DNA of 64,000 nucleotides. Source: Octopus vulgaris (taxonomy: Eukaryota). Position 1 is the first letter of the stretch, and each line of letters starts with the position of its first letter. The DNA is taken from contig OX597832.1 of the NCBI GenBank assembly GCA_951406725.2, forward strand, positions 1,054,001 through 1,118,000, read 5' to 3'. Shown one piece after another: positions 49,742 to 64,000 of the stretch. The notes beneath the pieces were generated by a model, which saw nothing but the letters and a program-made list of their open reading frames with translations, was not told the DNA's origin and did no database searches. A program made the position numbers and the translations under genes.

Positions 49742-52700
49742 ATGAAATCTGCCAAATGCAAGCTTTCTTTTCAGGTACATGACACGGCTGTCCCTCATCC
49801 CAGGGTCTCAGAGGCCCACACCTCCCACACCCTCAGAGTTGGCACATTGAAAGGTAGGTCTGGAGAGATTGTAGAGCTGCTTGAACGGAGACGTGTGGAT
49901 TTATGCTGCATCCAGGAAGTAAGGTGGAGAGGAGGTTCCGCTAGGCTCCTCACAGGCAAGGAACACAGGTACAAGATTTTCTGGGCAGGGAACATTGACG
50001 GGGTCGGGGGCGTGGGTATACTTCTTGCGGAGAAATGGGTAGATAAGGTAATCGAGGTAGTCAGAGTAAGTGACAGAGTAATTAAAATTAGATTAGTCCT
50101 TCACCATAGGTCAACTACCATCATCTCGGCATATGCCCCTCAACCAGGGCTACCGGAAGGACAAAAAGACCAATTCTATGACACCCTATTGTGGACTACC
50201 TCGTTGACAAATGACAGTGACCTTCTCTTCGTGGCAGGTGATTTCAATGGACATGTTGGACGGCATGTCGGGGGCTTCCATGGCGTTCATGGAGGCTACG
50301 GTTTTGGCTCTCATATTGAGGAGGGAACCAGGCTGCTGGAGTTCTGCGATGCAAATGACCTTATGGTCTGCAATACCAACTTCAGGAAACCCACCTCTCA
50401 CCTAGTCACCTACCGTTCTGGCAGACACACTAGCCAGATTGACTACATCCTTGCCAGAAAAAGGGAAAGAGGGCTGCTTATAAATGCCAAAACCTTTCCA
50501 GGCGAAGAATGTACTCCTCAACATAGATTAGTAGTTAGCGACTTCAGGATCAGAGCTAAATGGTTGCCCAGAAGAAGACCAGCTTGGAGGAGAAGGGTCT
50601 GGAAGCTTAAAGATCCTGCAAATGGACAGAGATTTAGAGACATACTACTCGAAGCCTTTGACGAAATAGAAGGGGATATAGCTTCACTTAATGTGGAAGA
50701 CAACTGGAGATTTCTACGGGACAATCTGCTAACAGCCACTGACCAGATCTGTGGATGGAGCAAAGTACCATCTCGAACCAGAGTAACATGGTGGTGGAAC
50801 ACTGTGGTTGACAGGGCTATTAGACAAAAGAGACAGGCTTGGAAGGACTGGAAGAACGGTGGTAGCAGGGAATTGTATCAGACAGCCAGAAGGGAAGCTA
50901 GGAGACAGGTTTATTTAGCCAGAGGGGAAGCGGATAAGAAAAAATTTGCCAATGTTCTGAGCCGTGAGGATGAAAGACTTGAGGTATTTCGTGTTGCAAG
51001 ACAGTGTGTGAGAGAGAATCGTGATGTGGTAGGAGAGAAGTGTGTTCGCATGGATGATGGTTCACTTGCGCTAAATGAGGATGCAAAGAGAGAGGTTTGG
51101 AGATGCCACTATGAAAGGTTGCTGAATAAAGAAAATGAATGGGATAAAGAGAGTCTGCCGAATGTCAACCCAACAGAGGGATCAGCCATCCGAGTTGAAA
51201 ATTCTTTGGTAGTTAAAGCAATTAGAAGCATGAAGACAGGGAAAGCCCCAGGCCCATCAGGAATTACTGCAGAGATGCTCAAAATATCTGGCAGTGTCGG
51301 CTATAACCTAGTCACCCGTATAGTCAACCAGGTGATACACGAAGGAGTCATACCCAATGACTGGTGTAGCAGCATACTAGTCAACTGCTACAAAGGTAAA
51401 GGTGATGCCCTAGATACAAATAATTACAGAGGTATCAAGCTGTTGGATCAGGTAATGAAGGTTACGGAGAGGGTCATAGCCCAACTAATTAGAGAGAGAG
51501 TTAGTTTAGATGAGATGCAGTTTGGGTTCATGCCAGGGAAAGTACCACTGATGCTATATTCCTGGTAAGGCAGCTGCAGGAGAAATACCTAGCCAAAGAT
51601 AAGCCCCTGTACCTGGCTTTCGTTGACATGGAGAAAGCCTTTGATAGGGTCCCCCGATCCCTTATCTGGTGGTCAATGAGGAAACTAGGGATAGATGAAT
51701 GGCTGGTGAGGGCTGTGCAAGCCATGTACAGAGATGCCGTAAGTAAGGTTAGGGTTGGCAACATGTACACAGAAGAATTCAAAGTAGAGGTTAGGGTCCA
51801 CCAGATTTCAGTACTCAGCCCCCTCCTATTTATCATAGTCCTCCAGGCAATTACAGAGGAATTCAAGACAGGTTGCTCCTCTATGCTGACGACCTTGCTC
51901 TAATTGCTGAGTCACTATCAGAACTGGAGGAAAAGTTCCAGGTGTGGAAGGAGGGTTTAGAATCGAGGTGCCTTAGAGTCAACCTAGCTAAAACCAAAGT
52001 ACTAATAAGTAGGAAGGTAGACAATCCACAAATGTCTTCAGGAAGATGGCCCTGCTCGATCTGTAGAAAAGGTGTAGGTAGAAACTCTATAAGATGTACC
52101 CAGTGTAAGCTATGGACACATAAGAGGTGCAGCAATGTCAAAGGTAGGCTAACTGGGAAGATAGTTTTTGTATGTGGCAGATGCTCAGGAGCATTAACCT
52201 CCGAAAATCTGCAGAAAACAACTTCCATCACTTTCCAGGGAGAAAAACTAGAAGTAGTTGATAGCTTCCGTTATCTAGGTGACCAAGTCAGTAGTGGGGG
52301 TGGGTGCGCTGAAAGTGTAACTGCTAGAATAAGAATAGCCTGGGCAAAGTTTAGGGAGCTCTTACCTCTGCTGTTGACTAAAGGCCTCTCGCTCAGAGTA
52401 AAAGGCAGACTGTATGATGCATGTGTACGAACAGCCATGCTACATGGCAGTGAAACATGGGCCGTGACTGCTGAGGACATGCGTAAGCTCCTGAGGAATG
52501 AAGCCAGTATGCTCCGATGGATGTGTAATGTCAGTGTACATACTCGACAGAGCGTTAGTACCTTGAGAGAAATGTTGTACCTAAGAAGCATCAGTTGTGG
52601 TGTGCAAGAAAGACGATTGCACTGGTATGGTCATGTGGCGAGAATGGATGAAGATAGGTGTCTGAAAAAGTGCCAATCCCTAGCAGTTGAGGGAACCCGT

Positions 52701-53356
52701 GGAAGAGGTAGACCCAGGAAAACCTGGGACGTGGTGGTGAAGCACGACCTTCGAACTTTAGGCCTCACTGAGGCAATGACCAGCGACCGAGACCTTTGGA
52801 AATATGCTGTACGTGAGAAGACCAGGCAGGACAAGTGAGCCCAGCCCACTTATGCATGCCTTTCCTCCCTTGGACACAAAGACCTGTTGAGGCAAGCGAA
52901 GTCGATATAGAACCTCATCCGATGACAGGCACCCATGCCAACCCCCTTTGCTTGCGAAGACATGTTGGGGCAAGTGAAATCGAAATCGAATTGAACCAAT
53001 CATATGACTGGCACTCGGCAGATGCCAGGACCCCTGGACTGGTGCTACGTAAAAAGCACTATACGACTCGTGGCCGATGCCAGCGCTGCCTCGACTGGCT
53101 TCCGTGCTGGTGGCACGTAAAATGCACCAATCAGACCGTGGCCGTTGCCAGCCTCGCCTGGCACCTGTGCAGGTGGCACGTAAAAAGCACCCACTACACT
53201 CACGGAGTGGTTGGCGTTAGGAAGGGCATCCAGCTGTAGAAACACTGCCAGATAAGACTGGAGCCTGGTGCAGCCTTCTGGCTTCCCACATCCCCGGTTG
53301 CACCGTCCAACCCATGCTAGCATGGAGAACGGACGTTAAACGATGATGATGATGAT
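49742..53356 (+). mobile_element. Near-full-length RTE-clade LINE (APE endonuclease + RT + PHD-like finger), two frameshifts
   Basis: IQEVRW, AYAPQ, GDFNGH, QIDYIL and QHRLV (APE); KAPGPSG, YRGIKLL, QFGF, DMEKAFD and LYADD (RT). Frameshifts at ~51540 and ~51875, stop at 52838, ~500-bp 3' UTR and a (GAT)n tail. Confidence 0.95.
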
Positions 53357-53357
53357 T

Positions 53358-53395
<38 letters not shown>

Positions 53396-53398
<3 letters not shown>

Positions 53399-53533
53399 TC
53401 ATCGTTTAATGTCCGTTTTCCGCGCTAGCACGGGTTGGACGGTTCAACCGGGGTCTGGGGAGCCAGGGGCTGCCCCATGCTCCAGTCAGATCTGGCAGTG
53501 TTTCTACAGCTGGATGCCCTTCCTAACGCCAAC
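53396..53533 (-). mobile_element. RTE 3' tail fragment, inverted relative to the adjacent RTE
   Basis: Reverse complement of 53210-53356. Confidence 0.85.
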
Positions 53534-53539
53534 CTGCCC

Positions 53540-54314
53540 TTATGTATATATATGTATATATATGTATATGTATATATATGTATATGTGTATATATGTATA
53601 TATATGTATATATATGTGTATATATGTATATATATGTATATATATGTGTATATATGTATGTATATGTATATATATGTATATATATGTATATATATGTATA
53701 TATATGTATATATATGTATATATATGTATATATATGTATGTATATGTATATATATATATGTTTATGTATATGTATATATATATATGTTTATGTATATATA
53801 TGTATATATATGTTTATGTATATATATGTATATATATGTTTATGTATATATATGTATATATATGCTGCGTGGTGCCAAGGATTCCAACATCACCATCAAA
53901 ATACATGTCCAGATACTGCAACAGCTTGGGTTTCAGAGGACCACAGCTCTTTAACATCCTCCCTAAATGCCTGAGAGACTTACATGGTGTGGATGTGGGT
54001 TTCTTTAAAACTAAACTGGATCGCTTCTTGTTGGGAGTCCCAGACGAACCTACTTCACGACAGGAGACACGGATGCGGGCAGCAGCATCGAACTCCCTTG
54101 TTGATCAAGTGCCACGTATCAGAGGTGGATTCACAAACTAGTGTAGCTCATTCAGCGGTGGTGCCCCAGCATGGCCGCGGCCTTCAGGCTAAAACATTTT
54201 TAAGGATTTAAGGATATGTATATGTATATATATGTATGTATATGTATATATATTTATATGTATATATGTATATGTATATATATTTATATGTATATATGTA
54301 TATGTATATATATG

Positions 54315-54349
<35 letters not shown>

Positions 54350-54410
54350 GTATATATATATATGTATGTGTATATATATGTATGTATATATATATGTATA
54401 TATATATGTA

Positions 54411-54446
<36 letters not shown>

Positions 54447-54490
54447 TGTATATATATATGTATGTATGTATGTGTATGTATATATGTATG

Positions 54491-54527
<37 letters not shown>

Positions 54528-54788
54528 GTATGTATATATGTATGTATGTATATATATATGTATGTATATATATATGTATGTATATATATATGTATGTATA
54601 TATATATGTATGTATATATATATGTATGTGTATGTATATATATATGTATGTATATATATATATGTATGTATATATATATCTATGTATATATATATCTATG
54701 TATATATATATGCATGTGTATATATATATGTATGTATATATATATGTATGTATATATGTATGTATATATGTATGTATATATATATATG

Positions 54789-54838
<50 letters not shown>

Positions 54839-55208
54839 TATGTATGTATATATGTATGTATATGTATATATGTATGTATATATATATATGTATGTATGTA
54901 TATATGTATGTATATATATATATGTATGTATGTATATATGTCTATATATGTATGTATGTATATATGTATGTATATATATATGTATATATGTATGTATATA
55001 TATATATGTATGTATGTATATATGTCTATATATGTATGTATATATATATGTATATATATGTATGTATATATATATGTATATATATGTATGTGTGTATATA
55101 TATATATATGTATGTATATATGTATGTGTGTATATATATATGTATGTGTGTATATATATATGTATGTGTGTATATATATATGTATGTGTGTATATATATA
55201 TATATATG

Positions 55209-55280
<72 letters not shown>

Positions 55281-55634
55281 TATGTGTATATATATATGTA
55301 TGTGTATATATATATGTATGTATATATATATATGTATGTATATATATATATGTATGTATATATATATGTATGTATATATATATGTATGTATATATATATA
55401 TGTATGTATGTATATATATATATGTATGTATATATATATGTGTATATATATGTGTATATATATATATGTATGTATATATATATATGTATGTATATATATA
55501 TATGTATGTATATATATATATGTATGTATATATATATGTATGTATATATATATGTATGTATATATATATGTATGTATATATGTATGTATATATATATGTA
55601 TGTATATATATATGTATGTATATATATATGTATG

Positions 55635-55665
<31 letters not shown>

Positions 55666-56188
55666 GTATATATATGTATGTGTATATATATGTATGTGTA
55701 TATATATGTATGTGTATATATATGTATGTATATATATATGTATGTATATATGTATGTATATATATATGTATATCTATATGTATGTATATATATATGTATG
55801 TATATATGTATGTATGTATATATGTATGTATATATGTATGTATGTATATATGTATGTATATATATATGTATGTATATATATATGTATGTATATATGTATG
55901 TATATATATATGTATGTATATATGTATGTATATATGTATGTATATATATATATGTATGTATATATGTATGTATATATGTATGTATATATATATATGTATG
56001 TATATATGTATGTATATATGTATGTATATATATATATATGTATGTATATATGTATGTATATATATATGTATGTATATATGTATGTATATATGTATGTATA
56101 TATATATATGTATGTATATATATATATGTATGTATATATATATATGTATGTATATATATATATATGTATGTATATATATATATGTATG

Positions 56189-56219
<31 letters not shown>

Positions 56220-56295
56220 ATATATATATGTATGTATATATATATATATTATGTATATATATATATATATGTATGTATATATATATATATGTATG

Positions 56296-56326
<31 letters not shown>

Positions 56327-56413
56327 GTATATGTATGTATGTATATATATATGTATGTATATATATATATGTATGTATATATATATACATATATATATGT
56401 ATGTATATATATG

Positions 56414-56452
<39 letters not shown>

Positions 56453-56453
56453 G

Positions 56454-56489
<36 letters not shown>

Positions 56490-56552
56490 TATATAATGTA
56501 TATATATATGTATGTATATATATGTATATATGTATGTATAAATATATATGTA
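53540..56552. repeat. (TA)n/(TATG)n compound microsatellite, interrupted at 53864-54214
   Basis: Direct inspection. Confidence 0.95.
53864..54214 (+). mobile_element. 5'-truncated CR1/L2-group LINE 3' end
   Basis: [44 protein letters not shown]...AASNSLVDQ, a short 3' UTR and a (TTTAAGGA)2 tail. Confidence 0.75.
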
Positions 56553-56928
56553 TCTCTTATTATAAAAGGCAGATTTTATCTGCCTCCCTTTGGGAGTTAT
56601 ACAAATCTACAATATAGGATTTCTTCAATTACAATTTAGCAATTTTAAGAGTACAATGCATCGCGTCATGCCAGGTCCAGTTTTTAAAATTTAAACTCCA
56701 ATTAAGCAAAATTTACAGAAAACTCACATTCTGGTGTGTGTGTCAAATGCTTTTCTTAGTCTGGTTTACACCACACGCAAACGCACACACACAGTGGGCA
56801 GCGAATAAAATGAAAGTAATTTACTTACTGTAGTGAGTGATTCTTTCACTCTGCCTCCCACTTCCTCTTTCAACACAGACACGCAAATATATAAATAAAA
56901 TTGTAAGCTAACGTGCGTGTGTGTGTGA

Positions 56929-56959
<31 letters not shown>

Positions 56960-57040
56960 TGAGGGTGCGCGCGTGTGTGTGTGTGCGTGTGCGTGAGTGT
57001 GTGACAGGAAAGTTTTTTACGACGAATATAAGTAGCAGAA
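56553..57040 (+). mobile_element. Helitron-like non-autonomous element, 5' part
   Basis: A|TCTCTTATTATAAAAG start resembles the Helitron at 58390. No CTAG end found. Confidence 0.4.
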
Positions 57041-57628
57041 AGATAAGACAGTAAGGTGTGATTTGAGGGAGATTTGGCTGCTATTTCTACCATGTCTAGC
57101 TGCCATGTAGGGGTCTCCCTCATAGGCTCATACATACATATATACATAGATAAGACAGTAAGGTGTGATTTGGGGGAAATTTGGCTGCTATTTCTACCAG
57201 GTCTAGCTGCCATGTAGGGGTCTCCCTCATAGGCTCATACATACATATATACATAGATAAGACAGTAAGGTGTGATTTGGGGGAAATTTGGCTGCTATTT
57301 CTACCAGGTCTAGCTGCCATGTAGGGGTCTCCCTCATAGGCTCATACATACATATATACATAGATAAGACAGTAAGGTGTGATTTGGGGGAAATTTGGCT
57401 GCTATTTCTACCAGGTCTAGCTGCCATGTAGGGGTCTCCCTCATAGGCTCATACATACATATATACATAGATAAGACAGTAAGGTGTGATTTGGGGGAAA
57501 TTTGGCTGCTATTTCTACAAGGTCTAGCTACCATGTAGAGGTCCCCCTCATTGGCTCATATATATATACATACATAAGACAGTAAGGTGTGATTTGAGGG
57601 AGATTTGGCTGCTGTTTCTACCAGGTCT
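57041..57628. repeat. 107-bp minisatellite, ~5.5 copies
   Basis: Unit AGATAAGACAGTAAGGTGTGATTTGGGGGAAATTTGGCTGC...CATACATACATATATACAT with period 107; the inner copies are identical. Confidence 0.95.
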
Positions 57629-57958
57629 GTTAGGCCTTCTCATGTAAACTCAAGCTTTCTTATGCCTTGAACATAAGACCAAAGCAGAGAATGTATTCTT
57701 TTATTCTTCTGCTTTTTCCAGCCATTGGTCTGTGGCCATGCTGGGGCAATGCCTTGAAGAATTGTAGTTTAATGAATCAACTCCAGTTTTATTTTTGTAA
57801 GCATTGTACTTATTCTATCTGTTTCCACTAGGTGACAGGGATGTAAACAAACCAACATTCGTTGTCAAGCAGTGGTGGAGGACAATCACAAGCACAGACA
57901 CGCACACACACACACATACATGCATACATACATATATATATATGTGTGTATATATATA

Positions 57959-58217
57959 TTGCAGCGTGGAAGGTGTTTGTAAGCCATTTAAGAAACACAC
58001 AAAAACCGTTACATTCACTTCAATATTTAAATTTCATTTGCCAAAATATTTTCGTCGCTTTGAGACCGCGACCTGTTCACTGACAAAAATATCGTGCTAA
58101 CAGGTCGCGGTCTCAAAGTGACGAAAATATTTTGACAAATTAAATTTAAATGTTGAAGTGAATCTAACGGTTTTTGTGTGTTTCTTAAATGGCTTATAAA
58201 CACCTTCAACGCTGCAA
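57959..58217. repeat. Long palindrome (119-bp arms, 21-bp spacer)
   Basis: 57959-58077 is the reverse complement of 58099-58217 with scattered mismatches. Confidence 0.92.
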
Positions 58218-58293
58218 CTGTTTTCGTTCCAGCACACGATCTCAGATCAAGTCACTTGCTATGCAAGTACATCTCTGTAACTATTTATACATT

Positions 58294-58326
<33 letters not shown>

Positions 58327-58389
58327 TGTTAAAAACAGTAAGATAACAAAAGAAAGAAAGAGACCTCAATATTATGTAAATAGAGGAAA

Positions 58390-58782
58390 TCTTTATATAT
58401 AAAAGTGAGGTTGTGTGTCTGTCTCCTACGATTTAGATTCCTAACTACTCCCACATTTTGCGGTGCAGTTTAACCAAAAGCGGGTATCTTATAGTCGTGA
58501 TTCATATCGAGACCGTCTGGGTATTAGCGCGCGTCTACGATGAGTCTACGATTTAAAAAAAATTACCATCAATTTTTCCCATTTTTAATCCATTTTTGAC
58601 ATATATAAGGGAAGTAACTCTCTAAAATTTATTATTAAATCTCAGAACGTAAAAAGCTACAGTAACACCCCTCCCCCTTTGTGGTTAGCCATATTGAGAT
58701 GGCTATTATACTTTACATCTCTAAAAATGCTTATATAATTATTTCCCTTACAAACCCGAGCAACGCCGGGCGATACTGCTAG
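58390..58782 (+). mobile_element. Complete non-autonomous Helitron (393 bp)
   Basis: A|TC start (TCTTTATATATAAAAG), subterminal GC hairpin CCCG-AGCAACGC-CGGG (58755-58770), CTAG|T end, no TSD. Confidence 0.85.
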
Positions 58783-58800
58783 TATATATATATATGTATG

Positions 58801-58840
<40 letters not shown>

Positions 58841-58968
58841 TATGTGTATATATATATGTATGTATATATATGTGTATATATATATGTATATATATATATA
58901 TGTATGTATATATATATGTATGTATATATATATGTATGTATATATATATGTGTATATATATATGTATG

Positions 58969-59003
<35 letters not shown>

Positions 59004-59175
59004 TATATATATGTATGTATATATATATGTATGTATATATATATATGTATATATATATGTATGTATATATATATGTATGTATATATATATGTATGTATAT
59101 ATATATGTATGTATATATATATGTATATATATATGTATATATATATGTATATATATATGTATGTATATATGTATG

Positions 59176-59222
<47 letters not shown>

Positions 59223-59321
59223 GTATATATGTATGTATATATATATGTATGTATATATGTATGTATGTATATATGTGTGTATATATATATGTATATATAT
59301 ATGTATGTGTATATATATATG

Positions 59322-59361
<40 letters not shown>

Positions 59362-60195
59362 TGTATGTATATATATATGTATGTATATATATATGTATAT
59401 CTATATGTATGTATATATATATGTATATCTATATGTATGTATATATATATGTATATCTATATGTATGTATATATATATGTATGTATATATATATGTATGT
59501 ATATATGTATGTATATATATATGTATGTATATATGTATGTATATATGTATGTATATATATATGTATGTATATATGTATGTATATATGTATGTATATATGT
59601 ATGTATATATGTATGTATATATGTATGTATATATGTATATATATGTATATATATATGTATGTATATATGTATGTATATATATATGTATGTATATATGTAT
59701 GTATATATATATATATGTATATATATGTATATATATATGTATGTATATATGTATGTATATATATATGTATGTATATATGTATGTATATATGTATGTATAT
59801 ATATATGTATGTATATATGTATGTATATATATATGTATGTATATATGTATGTATGTATATGTATGTATGTATATATGTATGTATATATGTATGTATATAT
59901 ATATGTATGTATATATATATATATATACATATATATGTATGTGTATATATATATATATATACATACATATATATATATGTATGTATATATATATATATGT
60001 ATGTATATATATATATATGTATGTATATATATATATATATGTATGTATATATATATATATGTATGTATATATATATATATGTATGTATATATATATGTAT
60101 GTATATATATATATATGTATGTATATATATATATGTATGTATATATATATATGTATGTATATATATATATATGTATGTATATATATATATGTATG

Positions 60196-60228
<33 letters not shown>

Positions 60229-60236
60229 GTATGTAT

Positions 60237-60332
<96 letters not shown>

Positions 60333-60333
60333 G

Positions 60334-60370
<37 letters not shown>

Positions 60371-60371
60371 G

Positions 60372-60404
<33 letters not shown>

Positions 60405-60506
60405 GTATAAATATATATGTATGTATATATATATGTATATATGTATGTATAAATATATATGTATGTATATATATATGTATATATATATGTATGTATATAT
60501 ATATAT
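58783..60506. repeat. (TA)n/(TATG)n compound microsatellite
   Basis: Direct inspection. Confidence 0.95.
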
Positions 60507-63250
60507 ATAATAATAATAATAATAATTGTGTACAGTGCTCAGGTGCACTACAACTCATCTAAAGTGTATATATAATCAGGTGTAGTTTTGGCGGATTTCG
60601 GAAAGCATGAGGGCCTTAAAGGATGCAGTGTCATGGCAGTCAACAACTGACGCAGGCAGTTTATTCCATGCTTCAGCAACTCTGAGCGTGAAAAAATGTT
60701 TCCGAAAGTCATGGGAGCTGTGTTGTTTTCTGACTTTGTAGGCATGTCCACGTGTGTTAGACACATGGAGATCAAAAAGATGTTCAGTGTTGTTGTTGGT
60801 GAGGTGGTTGATAACTTTGTGGATGTTTACCAAGTCCGTCGCCAGACGCCGGAGCTTCAGTGAAACAAGGCGCTCAGAATATGGTAGGTGTCTGATGGAG
60901 GGTATGCGTTTGGTTGCACGTCTCTGGACAGATTCCAGGAGGTCAATGTTCTGAGCAAGATAGGGGTTCCAAACTGATGATGCGAATTCCAAGTGTGGTC
61001 ATACCATAGCTGTATACAGTTTTAAATAGATGGCTGGAGAGCGGCTAACAAAAGTCTTGCTGAGTGATGCCAAGACACCCTCGGCCTTTTTGACAATTTT
61101 AGAGATATGCTTTGTCCAACGCAAATCACTGCTGACAGTGATGCCTAGGTCACGCTCGCAAGAGGATTTCTTGATATCAGTGTTGTGGAGGGAGTATGTG
61201 GACGCAGGGTTTTTTTCTCCCAAAATGCATGGTGGTACACTTGTCCACAGCCAGTTTCAGTTGCCAGTCTGTGATCCATTGCTGCATTGTGTCTAGGTCT
61301 GATTGCAGGAAAGAGTTGTAGACATCAGGATCTGTCCTCTTGATTTCAAGGTACAGCTTGATGTCGTCTGCATATTTCAATACTGTGGCATTCTTTAAAT
61401 TGGCATCTATGTCATTAATGTATGTCACAAACAAGAGGGGACCAAGGACAGATCCCTGTGGTACACCCGATGACATCTTATATGGTGTAGAGTGCTGTCC
61501 TAGAACTGTGACTACCTCCTTTCGGCTGAGGATGAAGGATTTCAACCAGTTAAAAAGGTCATCCCCCACACCCATTGCAGAGAGTTTCACCATAAGCCTT
61601 TTGTGTGGCACAGAGTTGAAAGCCTTAGCAAAGTCAAGGTAGACAACATCCACCCATGAGCCACTGTCAGTGATCTGAGTAATGTCCTCAAGGAACTCGA
61701 CAAGCTGGTCACTGCAGCTGGAGTTAGGGACAAATCCATATTGTGAGGGTCGGATGAGACTGTGAGAGCTCCAGAAGTTCCAGAGTGTTTCTCTGACACA
61801 CGATTCCATCAGTTTTGCAATACAGCTAGTGAGACTGACTGGGCGATAGTTGACAGGTGATGTGTGGTCGCCCTTTTTGAACAGAGGAATGACACTGGCA
61901 GTTTTCCAGTGTAGCACCATTGTTGAGACAGTACTGGAAGAAAATAGAAAGCTGGTGTAAAAGGAAGTGCCTGCCACGTTTGAGAAGCAGGTATGTAACT
62001 CCATCGAGACCAGGGGAGGCATAGTTGCGCTTATTTTGAAGGTGACGTCGCAGCATTGCAGGTGTAAATTTCATAGTTGTTATGGAGTTTGCTGTTAGTG
62101 ATGGTGAAGATTGACTTTCAACAGTGAATATGTTTGCATAGCACTCGGCAATGAGTTCTGCCCATTCCTTGGGGTCGTCAGTGATCTGGTTTGTGTGAGG
62201 GTTGCGAAGGGGGCCCACTGGAGAGTGAGGTCTTTGCTTTGAATGCACATATTTCCAGAAAACCTTGCTGTCAGGATTGGCTGCTATGCACTGTTCAAAT
62301 TCAAGCACTGCTTTTTTTGTCACTTGCTTGAGATGGTTGGAGGATTTATTCCGCTTCTTCCTGTTGGTGTCTGATTTATGCAACTTGTATTCCCGTTCAG
62401 CAGGTCGACGTTCATTCCTGGCAAGTCGGACCGCTGAAGTTTCCCAAATTGCCCTTTTGGGGAGGTTCTTCTTTTTTTGTTTACGTGGCACTGATGCTGC
62501 ACATGCTGCCCATATTGAGTCCAGGATACTCTGGAGTATAGTATTCACATCTCCAGAGTTGTAGAATTCACGCCAGTTTGGGTGCTGTAGTTCAGTGTGG
62601 TACAGGTTCCAATCGAAGGAAGCAGATTGGAGATGGTTCAGGTTTTTGTTGCCCGCAAGAGCCAGATTGGCGATGATCATAGCATGATCAGAGTCACCTA
62701 GAGGTTCCTCCGTAGTGCAATTGATAACCGCTTCAGGAGTTGTGGTGAAGAGCAGGTCCAAGGTGTTGTCGCCTCTTGTTGGAGAGGTGACTACTTGTGA
62801 CCAGTTTGCGTCCAGCACAAGCTCAACATAATCGTTTGCACTCTGTGGCCAATGGAAGGTTTCCCAATCGATCTCAGGATGATTGAAATTGCCTGCAATA
62901 AACACATAAGTGGCTGTTTTCCTGGCAGCAGCTCGGAGGATATTGCAAAGCTGTGTGTCCTGATGATAATTTGGGGGACGATAAACAACGCCAAGCAGGA
63001 GTGTTGACATGGTCATACGTACGTCACAGAAAAAAACTTCTTCTTGTGATTCGTTCAAATCGGCACAAGGAATTACCAAAGAATTTGAACGAACGTAGAC
63101 CATCACACCACCACCACGGTGGTTAGTGCGGTCCTTACGGAAGAGGTTGTACCCCGTAATGTTGAAAACCCCATCACAGAGTAAGGAATGCGCCCATGTT
63201 TCCGTGACAGTGATGAAGTCAGGGTCAATACTTCTGACGTAGGCGTTGAA

Positions 63251-63251
<1 letters not shown>
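60507..63251 (-). mobile_element. CR1-clade LINE ORF2 (APE + RT), 5'-truncated, frameshifted
   Basis: ITVTETW, VVYRPP, GNFNHP, NTLDLL and SDHAMI (APE); [27 protein letters not shown] and YADD (RT); CR1 C-terminus TRGH...FFTLRVAEAWNKLP. Stop at 60576, 3' hairpin and (ATT)n tail. Confidence 0.93.

Positions 63252-64000
<749 letters not shown>

Noticed and set aside
57041-57628. CRISPR-like or repeated-peptide gene
   Set aside because: Identical tandem units with no unique spacers, in a eukaryotic intron.
53343-60562. Long YIYM/CIYV ORFs of up to 807 aa
   Set aside because: Stop-free (TA)/(TATG) microsatellite, not protein.

Overview
AT-rich eukaryotic genomic DNA, most likely an octopus. That call is inferred from the SINE and RTE families, the (TA)n/(TATG)n seas and TTAGGG repeats, not from a database hit. 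From left to right: an internally deleted hAT (Buster/Charlie-type) transposase relic (1-360); a ~215-bp satellite with ~780-bp higher-order structure (~700-4096, 13822-15584, 18062-18603); and a 9.7-kb nest of retroelements inserted into that satellite (4097-13821). The nest is the most interesting part. A short Mag/Gypsy-type LTR is split by a head-to-tail array of four diverged elements that carry only an ORF1 (RRM-like region plus CCHC knuckle, no RT or endonuclease). The same ~13-bp motif occurs at every intact junction. Their 3' tail matches that of a tRNA-derived SINE, and two copies show a covarying 3'-UTR hairpin. Next come ~17 kb of degenerate interstitial (TTAGGG)n, containing a minimal hammerhead ribozyme and a SINE with a target-site duplication (TSD), followed by R4/Dong and RTE relics. 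The only host gene is cullin-3, with its first two coding exons at 37814-37873 and 46079-46276. Its introns hold SINEs, a near-full-length RTE LINE, CR1 LINEs, Helitron-type elements, a 259-bp palindrome, a 107-bp minisatellite and kilobase microsatellites. Most ORFs in the supplied track are repeat artefacts.
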